Origin: an uncultured delta proteobacterium
GTDB taxonomy: Bacteria > Desulfobacterota > Desulfobacteria > Desulfobacterales > JAFDCJ01
Length of the DNA stretch: 64,000 bases
NCBI GenBank assembly: GCA_963769935.1
Contig: CAVYNY010000017.1
Span: forward strand, 160,036 to 224,035
Reading direction: 5' to 3'
Positions 32,551-44,658 of the stretch are shown here, one piece after another. The first letter of the stretch is position 1; each line of letters opens with the position of its first letter. Made by a program: the position numbers and the translations under genes. The notes under the pieces are model-generated. The model did not search any database. It was not told the origin of the DNA and was given only the letters and a program-made list of their open reading frames with translations.

Positions 32551-34646
32551 ATGAAAGAATCGGTATTCAGTATCTGCGGCATGTGCACGGTCAGATGCCC
32601 TATCAAAGTCGACACCGAAGATGGCGTCGTAAAATGGATCGAAGGCAACCCGAACGATCCGGGAATGGCCGGACGGCTCTGTGCCAAAGGCTCCGCCGGA
32701 CTTGCCATGCTTTATGACTATGAAAGACCCCAGCATCCCATGATTCGGGAGGGCCAGCGGGGGGAAGGCAAATGGAAAAAGGCCTCCTGGGATGAAGCGC
32801 TGGATTATATTGCCGGGAAATTGAACACCATTATCAAAGAGCATGGCGGCAAGGCCATCGCCCTGAGCGACCGGGGCGGACCCTTTCGAGATATTCATCG
32901 CTCGTTTTTAAAGGCCATCGGATCCCCCAATTATTTTAACCATGACTGTACCTGTGCGCGCAACGTGCAGCATGCCGCTCTGTCGCTGTTCGGGTCGGGC
33001 CGCAAGACCTTCAACTATGACTACGGCAACTGCAAACACCTGATCCTTTACGGCCGCAATGTGTTTGAATCCCTGCGGGTCAAACAGGCCAATCAAATCA
33101 TGAACATGCTGGAACGCGGGGGCAAGCTCACCTACATCGACCCGCGGGCCGCCGGCACGGCCATGAAGGCCACCCGCTACTGGGCCATTCGCCCCGGCAC
33201 CGATTACGCCCTCAACCTGGGCATTATTCATGCGGTGCTGCGCGATAAACTCTACGACGCCGAGTTCGTCAAACAGTGGGTGCTGGGATTAAAGGAGCTT
33301 GAATCCTTTGTGATCCCCTACACCCCCGAGTGGGCGGCGCAGGAAACCGGAATCGACGCCAAGGAAATCGTGGCCTTTGCCCATGAAATCGCCGAAGATC
33401 GGCCGGCCGTGATTTTTCATCCGGGCTGGATGGTGGCACGCTACTCGGATTCCTTCTATGCGATCCGGTCCAGTTACATTCTCAATGCCCTGATGGGCGC
33501 ATTCGAAGCTCCCGGCGGTTTGTTCTTTCAAAAAGGTCCGGGAGATGTCGGTGCCAAAGGGCTGAAGGCCATTTTGGATACCATCCCCAAACCGGAGGCC
33601 AAGCGGGTCGACGGCTGCGGTTGGAAATTTAAACACTTCGAGGCCGGACCCGGTCTATTGCATTTGCTTTACCCGGCCATCTTAAATGAGGATCCCTATC
33701 CGGTCAAAGCCTATATCGCCTTCCGGCATGATCCGCTGCTGGCCCTGCCCGATCCGGAAACCCAGAAAAAGGCTTTCGACAAACTGGATCTGCTGGTGGC
33801 CATCGACGCCAATTACAGTGAAACCGGCTGGTATGCGGATGTGCTGCTGCCCTCGGCGACCTACCTTGAAAAATCGAGCGTTCTGACCACCGGCAAGGGG
33901 CTTAAACCCCAGTTCGGCATGCGCAAACAGGCCGTGGAACCCCGCAACGACGCCAAACCCGACTGGTGGATATTCAAGTCTCTGGCTGAGCGGCTGGGGG
34001 CCGGCGAGTATTTTAAATTCAATACCATGGAAGAATTCTGGGAATGGCAGCTGGAGGGTACCGGGATTACGGTCAGCGATCTTGAGAAAAAGGGGTTTGT
34101 GTCCCTCACCGATAAGCCTGTCTGGTGGGATCGCATGAAAGATCTCAAATTCAAAACGCCTTCCAAAAAAATTGAATTTGTTTCCAGCCGGCTGGCCGAA
34201 AGCGGCCTCGAATCCTTCAAGCCGTATAAAAGCCCGAAAAAGCCCGCGGCGGGTTACTATCGCCTGGCCTTTGGCCGCAGCCCGGTCCACACCCACGGCC
34301 GCACCCAGAACAATCCGGTGCTCAGCGAAATTATGCCTGTAAATCAGCTGTGGATCAATGCTGCCGAGGCAGCCAAAATGGGGGTTTCCAATGGCGACGG
34401 GTCCAGGTGACATCTTCCGACGGCAGCCATTCCGGCACCATCCAGGCCTTTGTAACCGAATTCATCCATCCCGAATCGGTGTTCATGGTGCACGGCTTCG
34501 GCCGCAAAGTGCCCTGGCAAACCCGCGGCTATAACAAGGGACTGGGTGACTACCGGTTTGAAATCGGCCTGCTGGACGTTTATGACCCGGTCGGCGGGGC
34601 CAATTCGCTGATGGAATGTTTTGTGAAAGTGGAGAAGGCAAGGTAA
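32551..34646 (+). CDS. Molybdopterin oxidoreductase catalytic subunit, PhsA/PsrA-like (one frameshift near 34400)
   Basis: CGMCTVRC...LCAKG 4Fe-4S motif, NHDCTC, ADVLLPSATYLE; C-terminal MVHGFGR continues in another frame; no twin-arginine leader. Confidence 0.85.
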
Positions 34647-34853
34647 TGGTTTCAGGTTCAGGGTTCAAAGGTTGCAGCCGATGGCCCCGGGTCACCATAT
34701 CGATCAAGAACCGAAATTGCAGATCCCCATTTGGATGCAGCGATAATATGAGCGGATTCACTTTAAAACGAGCTGCTGGAAGTCAACCCTGAATCCCGCC
34801 GGGGCGGGAAATACTGAACCGCTCAACTTATTACATAATTCGGAGGAACAAGC

Positions 34854-35351
34854 ATGAGCAAATACTACATCTACCAGGACACCAAGCGCTGCATCGGATG
34901 CTTCAGCTGCGAGTCCCACTGCAAAACGAAAAACAATTTGCCCATCGGGCCGAGGCTGACCCAGATAATTTCGGTCGGTCCTAAAAAAGTTAACAATCTG
35001 CCGCGCATGGCCTACGTGTTCATGCCCTGTTTCCATTGCGAGGACCCGTGGTGTGTCGCCGCCTGCCCCACCGGTGCGATGCAGAAAAGGCCAAAAGACG
35101 GCATCGTTTTCGTGGACGAAAAATTGTGCGTGGGCTGTAAGGCGTGTATTACGGCTTGTCCGTGGGGAACGCCCCAGTGGAATCCGCAAACCGGCAAAGC
35201 GGTCAAATGCGACTACTGCATGGACCGCATCGATCAGGGCCTGGAGCCGGCCTGCGTCGCCAAGTGCATCACCAAATGCCTGCACTTCGGCGAGCCTGGT
35301 GTAAAGCCAAGACAACGCGAGAAAGGCACGCCCAGCTGGTTGCGGATTTGA
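34854..35351 (+). CDS. 4Fe-4S subunit, PhsB/DmsB-like (C-terminus possibly frameshifted)
   Basis: CIGCFSCESHC, CFHCEDPWCVAACP, CVGCKACITACP, KCDYC...PACVAKC. Confidence 0.9.
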   Translation: MSKYYIYQDTKRCIGCFSCESHCKTKNNLPIGPRLTQIISVGPKKVNNLPRMAYVFMPCFHCEDPWCVAACPTGAMQKRPKDGIVFVDEKLCVGCKACITACPWGTPQWNPQTGKAVKCDYCMDRIDQGLEPACVAKCITKCLHFGEPGVKPRQREKGTPSWLRI

Positions 35352-35448
35352 TAACTTGCAACGATTGAATATTTTCGAGTGCAAGATCATGAATTTTCAA
35401 TTTTCAATCCTCCGCCTCCGACGAATTGTTCCGAATAAGGAAAGAAAC

Positions 35449-37669
35449 ATGACCGAAAAAACTTGTCCGGTCAGTGATCTGATCAGCCGATTAAGCTCCG
35501 CCATTGATTCCGGTCAGCTTACGGATCCCAGAAGCAGGCGCAGAGCCGAAGACATATTGGCCCTGCTAAACGATGTCGCCTGGGGCCGAGCCGACACCGA
35601 ACACCTGCCGGCAATGCGAGTCTCTGGCCCAAAAAATAGCCGAACAGGGTAAAACGCCGAATCCTCAAAAATGGCCGCCGGCAAATGGTGCTTGAGACCT
35701 TGGCCGGCCAGCGGGAGGTATTTACCAGCCATATCGTCACCCATAACTGTTCTACCGGAGATTGTGTCAAACTGGCGCCCGCGCCCTGCCAGATGACCTG
35801 CCCGGCAGGTCTGGATATTCCGACCTATGTCACCCTCATCGGCATGGGACGCGATGCGGAGGCCATCGACGTCATCCGGCGGGACTGCCCCTTTCCCTGG
35901 GTGTGCGGTCTGGTGTGCACCCGGCCCTGTGAATTCATGTGCGTGCGCGCGCGCATCGACACCCCGATCTCGATTAAAACCCTCAAAGGGTTTGCCGCCG
36001 AAAGGGCCATGTCGGAAGGCAGTTATAAAAACCCGTCGAAAGCGCCGCGATAAAAACACGGAAGGTATGCATCATCGGTGCCGGACCCGGAGGTATGAGT
36101 GCGGCTTACTATCTGGCCTTAAAGGGCTATGGCGTGACGGGTCATCGAACAGCAGCCGTGGCCGGCGGCATGCTGCTGCTCGGCATCCCCCGCTATCGTC
36201 TGCCCCGTGAAGTTATCGACCGCGAAGTCGCCATGCTGAAAAATTTAGGGGTTGAATTTCAATTTAATACCCGGTTCGGCAAAGACGCTACCCTCCAGCA
36301 ATTGAAAAAAGAGGGCTTTGAGGCCTTTTTCTTTGCCATCGGTGCCCATAATTCCTTTAAACTGGGCATTCCCGGCGAGAAGGACTTTCCGCAGGTAATC
36401 GAAGCCATCGATTTTTTAAGGAAGGTCGCCCTGGGAGATCGGCAGGCGCCGGGCAAACACGCAGTCGTCATCGGCGGCGGCAATGTTGCCATCGATGCGG
36501 CCCGAACCTGCCTGCGACTGGGGTGTGAGTCGGTAACCCTGGCATACCGCCGGACCCGTTCGGAAATGCCGGCCGATACCGAGGAAGTTGAGCAGGCCGA
36601 AGAAGAAGGGATCCGATTCGAATTTTTGAATATTCCCGTGCAGATTATCGGCCGTGAAGGCCGCGTTGCAGGGCCTGAAATGCCTGCGGGCCAGACTGGT
36701 GGCCAAGGAAGGCCAGGACCGCAAATATCCGGTACCGATCGAAGACAGCGAATTTAATATCGAAGCCGATGTGATCATCTGCGCCATCGGCCAGCAGGTT
36801 GATGCCGATTGCCTGGCAATCGGTCAAGGGCCTTGACTGGACCCGCCGCAAGACCATCAACGTCAACATGGTCACCATGGAATCGTCTCTGGAAGGAATT
36901 TTTGCGGCCGGGGATGCGGTCACCGGACCGGCTACGGTCATCGAGGCCATCGGCGGCGGCAAGCGGGCTGCCGAGTCCATTGACCGCTACCTGGAGGGAA
37001 TACCGCAGCCCAAAATGCCGCCGGTGCCGACGCGCCGCGGCAGGATAGAATACCTGGAAGTCCCGGCCAGCAGCAAAATGACGATCAAGCGGCCGGAAAT
37101 GCCGTTGTTGAATATCTACCGCCGGCGCACAACCTTTCAACAGGTCGAACTCGGCTATCCGGAAGACCTGGTCCGCGCAAGAGGCCCGCCGCTGTCTGCG
37201 CTGTGATATCTGCCTGCGGTGCGGCAAATGCATCGAGGTCTGCCGCGACAAGATGGGGGTGGATGCCCTGCAAATGGGATATTTCGACTTTGATCATCCC
37301 GTGCCGACCGATTTCAGATAAACCGAGGAGCGCTGTATTCTGTGCGGCGCCTGCGCCACCAACTGCCCCACCGGTGCCATGCAGATCGAGGACGGGGCGG
37401 CGAAAGAATTCTGTCCCTCTGCGGAACCATTCTCAATCGAAAAAAATTGCTGTATTGTGAAGATTGCGGCGGCGGTGCTGGGCCCGGCGCGCTACCTGGA
37501 GTTTGTTCAGAAAACGGACTCACGCCGTGGCGGCCAGAGTCGCCAAGACCGCCGGCTCTGTGAAGCCTGCGCCCGAAAATCAACGGCCAAACGCGGTGTG
37601 GAGGATGCACCGGTAGTCCAAGGGCTGAGGGCGGGGAGCAGAGGGCAGAGCGCATGGCGCAAAGTGTAA
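35449..37669 (+). CDS. FAD/NAD(P)-dependent Fe-S oxidoreductase (GltD/NfnB-like), broken by many frameshifts
   Basis: Fragments in successive frames: APCQMTCPAGLD, CGLVCTRPCE, IIGAGPGG, GIPRYRLP, VIGGGNVAIDAAR, FAAGDAVTGP, two C-terminal ferredoxin motifs; pseudogene or sequencing error cannot be distinguished. Confidence 0.75.
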
Positions 37670-37829
37670 TGATTGAGTTGAAAACGCGAATAGTCCTTTT
37701 TGGGTACCGGACAATACACAACTGACTATTGACAACTGACATTGGGCCTAACCGCTCAAATTGCGTCAAAGTCGGAGAACCGCTCTGCATCACCTATATA
37801 AAAAACAAGGAACAATTGGAGGCTCAATC

Positions 37830-38042
37830 ATGGTTTTTCGTCGCGGCCAGAAAGTCGAAGTATATCAAAAGTCGGCGGACGATAGCTGGGAAAGCTACAT
37901 GGATGAATACGTCGGACTCCACGGTATCATAACCGATCCGGATGCCACCATCAACGATCCGGATGCCCTGGTGGAGGTCAGCCTGGAAGGCAAGGGCACG
38001 CATCGTTTTCCCCAGGATTGTCTGCGTCGACTGGAAGACTAG
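37830..38042 (+). CDS. Small acidic hypothetical protein
   Basis: 70 aa ORF MVFRRGQKVEVY... with GGAGG upstream. Confidence 0.7.
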   Translation: MVFRRGQKVEVYQKSADDSWESYMDEYVGLHGIITDPDATINDPDALVEVSLEGKGTHRFPQDCLRRLED

Positions 38043-38079
38043 ACCTTTAATTATCGGCTATGATTACTGGTTTAAAGGC

Positions 38080-38529
38080 ATGAAAGTGCACGACCTGTTG
38101 AGGAAAAAAGCCCGGCCGGTGTATACAATCGCCAGCAATCAAAGCGTGGCCGATGCCGTCGAGCTCATGTCCCGTAAAAAGGTCAGCGCCTTGATTGTAA
38201 CGGAAAATGAACAGCCGGTAGGCATCTTTGCGGAAAGGGATGTTTTCCGGTATTATCTGAGGGAGAAAACAAGCGCCCTGTCGGAAATAGCCCTGCAGAA
38301 TGCCATGACCGGCAACCTGATTGCGGCGGGGCCCGAGGATGACGTCAACCGGATCATGGCCGTCATGACTAAGGCCGATATCAAGCATTTGCCGGTTATA
38401 AAGGCCAGGCAACTGATCGGCATGCTGACGTTGCATGATTTAATCGCGTACCGGATCGATTCGCTTACCGAGGAAAATCATCAGTTGAAGGATTATATCG
38501 ATGCTCTGCATGACGCGGGCGGAGATTGA
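38080..38529 (+). CDS. CBS domain protein
   Basis: PVGIFAERDV, IKHLPVI, LIGMLTLHDLI. Confidence 0.88.
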   Translation: MKVHDLLRKKARPVYTIASNQSVADAVELMSRKKVSALIVTENEQPVGIFAERDVFRYYLREKTSALSEIALQNAMTGNLIAAGPEDDVNRIMAVMTKADIKHLPVIKARQLIGMLTLHDLIAYRIDSLTEENHQLKDYIDALHDAGGD

Positions 38530-38543
38530 ATAGGAGAATACCC

Positions 38544-39305
38544 ATGGTTACCATTACCATCGATGACCGGGATTACCAGGCAGAAGAGGGTGCAAGCGTG
38601 CTTGAAGTTGCCCGGGCCCATAATATCCCGATTCCGACTTTATGCTTTCATCCATCGCTCAGACCTTCGGGTTCTTGTCGCCTGTGTGTCGTTGAGGTCC
38701 CGGGCCGCTCCTCCGAAAGACAGGTAACCATGCTGGCCTGCGTCCTGAAAGTCAAGGACGGCATGGCAGTAAAAACCCAGGGTGAGGCCGTCGACCGCGC
38801 CCGAACCAGGGCCTTCAGGAGTCTGCTGCAAATGGCGCCGCAGGCGAAAAGCATTATCGCACTGGCCAAGACCTATGGCCTGGACCCCGGACCGCCGCCC
38901 GACGGATGCGTGCGCTGCCGCCTCTGTATCCGGGTGTGCAAGGAAATTGTAGGTCCCGGAGCGCTGAGAATGGAAAAAAGAGGCGGCATGAATTATGTCG
39001 TGCCCATCGAGGGTCTTTGCATTGGATGTGGAACCTGCGCCAACATCTGCCCGACGAAGGTCATTGCGATTGAAGACGGGGAAAGCATGCGGACCATCTC
39101 AATCCGCGATGAAGTCATCGGCCGGCATCCGCTGGAGAGGTGCGAGGGCTGCGGCAAGCTGTATGCAACACCTAAATTTCTGGAACATATTCACAATAGG
39201 ACTTCCGCCCACCCGGACGTAAAAGCCCACCATCACTATTGCCCGACCTGTGCCAAACTTTTTTCCGACCGCATCAAGTCATTCGGCGAGCGGTCGCAAA
39301 AGTAG
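38544..39305 (+). CDS. 2Fe-2S / 4Fe-4S protein (NuoG/HndD N-terminal-like)
   Basis: IPTLC...GSCRLCVVE...[26 protein letters not shown]; extra CEGC and CPTC. Confidence 0.87.
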   Translation: MVTITIDDRDYQAEEGASVLEVARAHNIPIPTLCFHPSLRPSGSCRLCVVEVPGRSSERQVTMLACVLKVKDGMAVKTQGEAVDRARTRAFRSLLQMAPQAKSIIALAKTYGLDPGPPPDGCVRCRLCIRVCKEIVGPGALRMEKRGGMNYVVPIEGLCIGCGTCANICPTKVIAIEDGESMRTISIRDEVIGRHPLERCEGCGKLYATPKFLEHIHNRTSAHPDVKAHHHYCPTCAKLFSDRIKSFGERSQK

Positions 39306-42300
39306 CCCCTGTCGGCTGTGTTCCAATTCCTCCACCAATTTAACAATACCGTCAAAGTCGAAATCCGCCGCCAGGTGTATGAATCGGTCACAAATCGGCG
39401 CCAGGTCATCTGTGCGGGATTTCATCTCCCTGGCAATTGAGTCGACCTGGGTGATATCTCCCAGTTCGGCTGCCTCCCGGATACGACCGGCCATTTCCTT
39501 CATTAACTCGGGTGAAATGGCACCCCGGGAGCCGGCAGAAGGTTCGGCGGTTTTCTCTTCAGCGGCAGGTCCCAGCGCTCGAACGGCCTGCAGCGCCTGG
39601 TCGACAGCCATTTCCAGCTCTCTCATTCTCTGATCCAGCTGTTCAGGGGTTGCGGACTTGTGCTGGTCGCCCTTAATGAGCTTTTCCATTTCCACTGCTG
39701 CGGCCTGCAGGTCTAAAGCCGCGAGGTTGCCGGCCATGCCCTTGAGGTTATGCACCAGGCTGTGAGCCCGCTGATAATCGCTGTCAGCCAACGCTTTGCC
39801 GATATCACCGGCCGCTTCGGTATACTTGCTGCCGAAATCCAGCAGCAGCTTTCGATAAAGACGTTTGTTGCCCATCAAACGCACCAGTCCGACTGCGAGA
39901 TCAAATCCCGGCAGCGCTTCCGGCAGGTCATCCTCAGCCGCTTCAGGCGGTTGCGGAATCGAGGACTCCGGTGCAACGTCGGTTTTGCCGGCAGCCGTCC
40001 GTCTTTCACCCGGTTTGATCCACTTCAGCAAGGCGGCAAACAGCTGGTCCGGATCGATAGGTTTGGTGACATGCCCGTTCATGCCCGCTGCCAGACTCTT
40101 GTCCTCATCACCGGCCATGGCATGGGCGGTCATGGCGATGATCGGTACTGGATGCTGGATACTCGATTTTGGATCCTGGGTGCCGGATGCCTGAGGATCG
40201 AGTTCTGAGGATAGCGAACTGAGGAAAGAGGGTGTGCTTTCGATTTCGGATTTTATTTCTGAATTATCGCCGTCAATACTCCGTGTTTCCCGTATATCAG
40301 AATCCGCTTTAGCGGAGACTGATTCCCACTCGCGTATTGCCCTCGTGGCGGTGTACCCATCCATCACCGGCATCTGCACGTCCATGAGCACGACGTCGAA
40401 ATTAGTCTCTTTCACCGCAGCGACTGCCTCTTGTCCATTGTTGGCAATGGCAACGATCAGGCCGGCACCTTCCAGGATCTCCTTGGCCACTTGCTGGTTG
40501 ATTTCATTGTCTTCCACCAGCAGGATCCGGGCACCCCGAATCGCTTTCAAAGCTCCGGTTTCATTTTGGCGTTTCGCCAGACGCGACGTTTCCGGTATCT
40601 CTTCGCCGAAAGCCTGCATGATGGCATCAAAGAGCACGGACGCATTGATCGGTTTGATAAGAAAGCCGTCCAGCCCCGCGTTCTCGGCTTTCTGCATGAC
40701 TTCTTCACGCCCGTAAGCCGTTACCAGGATGACGGCCGGAATTTTGTTCAGCGATGCGTGCTTTTTTATGCGGTTGGCGGCTTCGATGCCGTCCATCCTG
40801 GGCATCTTCCAGTCCATGATGACGAGATCGAACGGCGTGTCTTTATCGGCGTTTTCAATTTCGGTGATCCCTTCTTCGCCCGAGGCCGCCAGTTCCACCT
40901 CAAAGGAAAATGACTCCAATAATTCCTTCAGTATCTCCCTGGAGGTTGCATTGTCGTCTACGACCAGGACCTTCATGCCCCGCAAATCGTTGGCTATCGC
41001 AAAACGTTTCCTGGCTTTTTCCTTCCCCAGTCCGAATTCGGCCGTAAAATTAAAGGTGGTGCCCCGGGCGTATTCGCTCTCCACCTGGATCTCGCCGCCC
41101 ATCATGGCGACCAGTTTTTTGCTGATCGCAAGACCCAGACCCGTACCGCCGAATTTGCGGGTGGTGGAGGTATCGGCCTGGGTGAAAGACTGAAAGAGCC
41201 TGCTCATCTGCTCCTCGGTCAGTCCGATGCCGGTGTCGCTGACCGCAAATTTTAAGGTTACCCGATCCGGCTGCACGTCTGCCTTTTCTATTGAGACGAC
41301 GATTTCACCGGATTCGGTGAATTTGACGGCATTGTTGGCCAAATTAAGGAGGACCTGACCCAGCCGCAGGGGATCGCCGACCAGATTGCGGGGAACATCG
41401 GGGGCCGCGGCAAAAAGCACCTCAAGATTCTCTTTTTCCCGGGCCTTAACCGTCACCAGGTTGGCCAGGTTATCCAGCACGTCGTCCAGGTTGAAATCCA
41501 CGGCCTCCATATCCAGTTTGCCGGCTTCGATTTTAGAAAAGTCCAGAATATCGTTGATGATGCCCAGCAAAGAATTGGCCGATGACTGAATTTTATTCAG
41601 GTAATCACTCTGTTGCGGCGTTAGATCCGTCTTGAGCGCCAGATGGGTCATGCCGATGACGGCGTTCATGGGCGTGCGGATTTCGTGGCTCATGTTGGCC
41701 AGAAAATCACTCTTGGCCTTGTTGGCATCATCGGCTGTCTGTTTGGCCTTGATCAGCTCATCGTCCATACGCTTGCGTTCGGTAATATCTCGGGCCACGT
41801 GCACCACCTGGCTGAATCTTCCGTTTTCGTCAAGGATGGGAAAGGTGGATACTTCCACATAGAGCGTTTTACCGTCGGCATCATGGTGAGTGTGTTCCAC
41901 GACACACTTGCGGCCGCTCTCTCTGCTGGCAGACATGGGGCATGTATGCAGCGGCGGTTGGCACATTTCGGAGAGGCCATGGGTCAATTCATAACAATAC
42001 CGGCCGATGATCTGTTCGCGGGGCATTCCTACCTCCTCTAGGAATGCCTCGTTGGCATCGATGACCCGCCCGGTTTCAACCTCGATAACGGAGATGGCGT
42101 CCGGCATACTGTTGACGACGGTTTCAACGAATTCCTTTTGCTTGCGAATGACTTCCTCAGCCTTTTTGCGCTCGGTGACGTCGCGCACGGAAGCAACCAC
42201 GAGCGTGCCGTCGGCGGTCTTGATGGGACTCAGACTGATATCAACCGGGATTCGCGACCCGTCTTTGGCCTGGGCCACAAGTCCCAACTCCCGGCCGATG

Positions 42301-44471
42301 GTCCGTACCGAGGCATCTTCCAGGTAGCGCTGTCGGTATGCGGGATGACCTGCCCGTTTGTCTTCCGGAACAAGGATCTCAACATTTTGCCCTAACAACT
42401 CCTGGCGGTCGTATCCGAATAACCGCTCGGTTTGGTTGTTGACCAGGGTGATTAGACCCTGCTCGTCAACGATGACCATGGCATCGGGTGCAGCGTTGAT
42501 CAATTCCTGAAACCGCTGCTCCTGGAGTTTGCGTTCGGTGACGTCCTGTTTGACTGCGACGAAATGGGTAATTTTATCTTCCTCATTTTTAATGGGCGAT
42601 ATGGATGCGCTCTCCCAATATTCCTCACCGTTTTTCTTTTGATTGATAAAATCACCTTTCCAGGTTTTTCCGGTCAAAATCGTATCCCACAATTCCTTGT
42701 AAAATGATGCGGGAAGATTTCCCGATTTTAGTATCCGCGGATTCTGTCCAATTGCCTCTGCCGCTGAATAACCGGTTATGTCGCAAAATGTGGCATTAAC
42801 ATATTCAATGGTTCCCTTGCTGTCGGTTATCACCACCGAAGCCGGACTGTGCTCGGTGGCCAACGACAGCTTGCGAAGTTCGTCCTGGGCGGTTTTGCCT
42901 TCCGTTATGTCGACGATGGAACCGGCCATGCGATAGGCCCGGCCGGTGTCATCCCACAGCGCCTGGCCGGTCACCCGAAACCAGCGATATTCGCCGGATT
43001 GACAGCGCAGGCGACATACTTCATTAAACGGAGCCCGCGTATCCAGATGATCCTGCAAAGCAGCTTCGACATTTTTGCGGTCGTTGGAATGCGTGAGCGT
43101 TGTCCAGTCCGTGAAGGCGTCGTCAATTTCATCGCCGCTGTATCCAAGAAGCTTTTTGAACCGCTCGGAATACCATGCCCTGCGGGTCTTTGGATCCAGG
43201 TCCCAGATACCGGCCCCAACTCCGCGCGCAGCCAGTGAGAAACGCTCTTCGCTTTCCGTCAGCTTGGTCGTTCGCTCCTGCACCCGCTGTTCCAACTCGT
43301 CATAGGATTTGCGCAAGGCCCGGTTCGCCCGCTCATCGATTAATACGGCAAACACCAGGGAACCGATGGCCAGCAAGACCGTAATCACCAATACGGCGAT
43401 GATCACATTGCGGGCCGTGTAATATGAACTTAAAGCCTCGGTTATATCGATTTCCGTAGCCAGGCCGATGCCCAGGTCTCGATCCCACAACCAGGCCCCA
43501 TATACCGGTACGCCCCGGTAATTACGGTAACCCGTCACATTGACACCTGAGCGGCCTTGGGTCGCCTGCTCGGCCATCAGTGTGAGCGGCTGCTGGTAGC
43601 GGGGAACCGCGGGCACAAAACCTTTCAGCATGTCGCCGCCGGGATCACGGATGCTGACAGTCAGGATAGCCTGCCCGTTCGCCTTTATCAGGCCTATTTT
43701 ACGCAGGTCGTTTTCAAAACGGCTCTCGGAGAGAAATCTGCCGTACTTGCCGAAGGCATAGGTCTCACCGGATTTTCCGATTCGTCCCAGCTGGATCAGT
43801 CGCGTAAAATCCTTGGAAGGATCAACTCTCTGGGTAAGTACCGCGATTACCTGGCCGGCAGGGTTTTTTATGGCAGCCGCAAAGAACATGGTCGGCTGCA
43901 CGCCCGAACTGCGCCCGGCAGATGAATTCAAAGCCGCGTCCGACCAGATTGGCGGAATCATAGCGGTCTCGCCCCGTAATGCTCGGTTGAAAAGATCCAG
44001 GGCCTGGTTGGCAATCAAGCTTTTCTCGCCAAGGTTGATGTCGGACATGGCGGCAATATTGGTATGGTCAGGGGTGATGACAAAAAAATCGGCATTGTCG
44101 AACCGATCCTTATTGTTCTGGAAAAAACTGCGCAATTCATCCAATCCCTGGCTTTTCAACAGAGCATCTTTATCCCGGGGCGTTTGCAGCAGATATTCAA
44201 CCAGAAACACCACCCGTGGATCGGCGGCAAGCCGGCTGAGATAATACTTTTTATTTTCGGCCCACAGGGTGAGTGACTCCTGGGTAGAATGCAGAACCGT
44301 CTGCAGGGCTTCACCGGTCTCTTTCCGTATTTTTTCCTGCACCATGCCCAGTGCGGCCCAGGCGATCAAAATCACCACTGCAATCAGTGACACGACCAGC
44401 ATGATGACAAGGTTAAGTTTTTGAGCCGAACCGGTCTGGGCCGGCGCTGCATTGCTCTGTAAAGGGGTCAT
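39279..44471 (-). CDS. Hybrid sensor histidine kinase (sensor domain, multiple PAS, HisKA, HATPase, two receivers, Hpt)
   Basis: [36 protein letters not shown]. Confidence 0.94.
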   Translation of the reverse strand: MTPLQSNAAPAQTGSAQKLNLVIMLVVSLIAVVILIAWAALGMVQEKIRKETGEALQTVLHSTQESLTLWAENKKYYLSRLAADPRVVFLVEYLLQTPRDKDALLKSQGLDELRSFFQNNKDRFDNADFFVITPDHTNIAAMSDINLGEKSLIANQALDLFNRALRGETAMIPPIWSDAALNSSAGRSSGVQPTMFFAAAIKNPAGQVIAVLTQRVDPSKDFTRLIQLGRIGKSGETYAFGKYGRFLSESRFENDLRKIGLIKANGQAILTVSIRDPGGDMLKGFVPAVPRYQQPLTLMAEQATQGRSGVNVTGYRNYRGVPVYGAWLWDRDLGIGLATEIDITEALSSYYTARNVIIAVLVITVLLAIGSLVFAVLIDERANRALRKSYDELEQRVQERTTKLTESEERFSLAARGVGAGIWDLDPKTRRAWYSERFKKLLGYSGDEIDDAFTDWTTLTHSNDRKNVEAALQDHLDTRAPFNEVCRLRCQSGEYRWFRVTGQALWDDTGRAYRMAGSIVDITEGKTAQDELRKLSLATEHSPASVVITDSKGTIEYVNATFCDITGYSAAEAIGQNPRILKSGNLPASFYKELWDTILTGKTWKGDFINQKKNGEEYWESASISPIKNEEDKITHFVAVKQDVTERKLQEQRFQELINAAPDAMVIVDEQGLITLVNNQTERLFGYDRQELLGQNVEILVPEDKRAGHPAYRQRYLEDASVRTIGRELGLVAQAKDGSRIPVDISLSPIKTADGTLVVASVRDVTERKKAEEVIRKQKEFVETVVNSMPDAISVIEVETGRVIDANEAFLEEVGMPREQIIGRYCYELTHGLSEMCQPPLHTCPMSASRESGRKCVVEHTHHDADGKTLYVEVSTFPILDENGRFSQVVHVARDITERKRMDDELIKAKQTADDANKAKSDFLANMSHEIRTPMNAVIGMTHLALKTDLTPQQSDYLNKIQSSANSLLGIINDILDFSKIEAGKLDMEAVDFNLDDVLDNLANLVTVKAREKENLEVLFAAAPDVPRNLVGDPLRLGQVLLNLANNAVKFTESGEIVVSIEKADVQPDRVTLKFAVSDTGIGLTEEQMSRLFQSFTQADTSTTRKFGGTGLGLAISKKLVAMMGGEIQVESEYARGTTFNFTAEFGLGKEKARKRFAIANDLRGMKVLVVDDNATSREILKELLESFSFEVELAASGEEGITEIENADKDTPFDLVIMDWKMPRMDGIEAANRIKKHASLNKIPAVILVTAYGREEVMQKAENAGLDGFLIKPINASVLFDAIMQAFGEEIPETSRLAKRQNETGALKAIRGARILLVEDNEINQQVAKEILEGAGLIVAIANNGQEAVAAVKETNFDVVLMDVQMPVMDGYTATRAIREWESVSAKADSDIRETRSIDGDNSEIKSEIESTPSFLSSLSSELDPQASGTQDPKSSIQHPVPIIAMTAHAMAGDEDKSLAAGMNGHVTKPIDPDQLFAALLKWIKPGERRTAAGKTDVAPESSIPQPPEAAEDDLPEALPGFDLAVGLVRLMGNKRLYRKLLLDFGSKYTEAAGDIGKALADSDYQRAHSLVHNLKGMAGNLAALDLQAAAVEMEKLIKGDQHKSATPEQLDQRMRELEMAVDQALQAVRALGPAAEEKTAEPSAGSRGAISPELMKEMAGRIREAAELGDITQVDSIAREMKSRTDDLAPICDRFIHLAADFDFDGIVKLVEELEHSRQGLLLRPLAE

Positions 44472-44658
44472 AAAGTGAAACCTCCGGTTAACTGTGATTA
44501 GCACAGCGCGACGTTATTTGCAATAAACCGAAGCGCTTGCAGAAAAAATGAAGAATGAAAAAAGTGCAAGACTATTTACAGCAGGTCGATGAGGAAGTTA
44601 AAGCGGCGGAATTTGCTGAAGATTGGGACACCCCGTCGGGGGACCCTAATTAAAGCTC

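Noticed and set aside
35449..37669. Programmed frameshifting or selenocysteine read-through in the flavoprotein
   Set aside because: Breaks are numerous frame changes without a consistent slippery motif, and none is an in-frame TGA at a Cys position.
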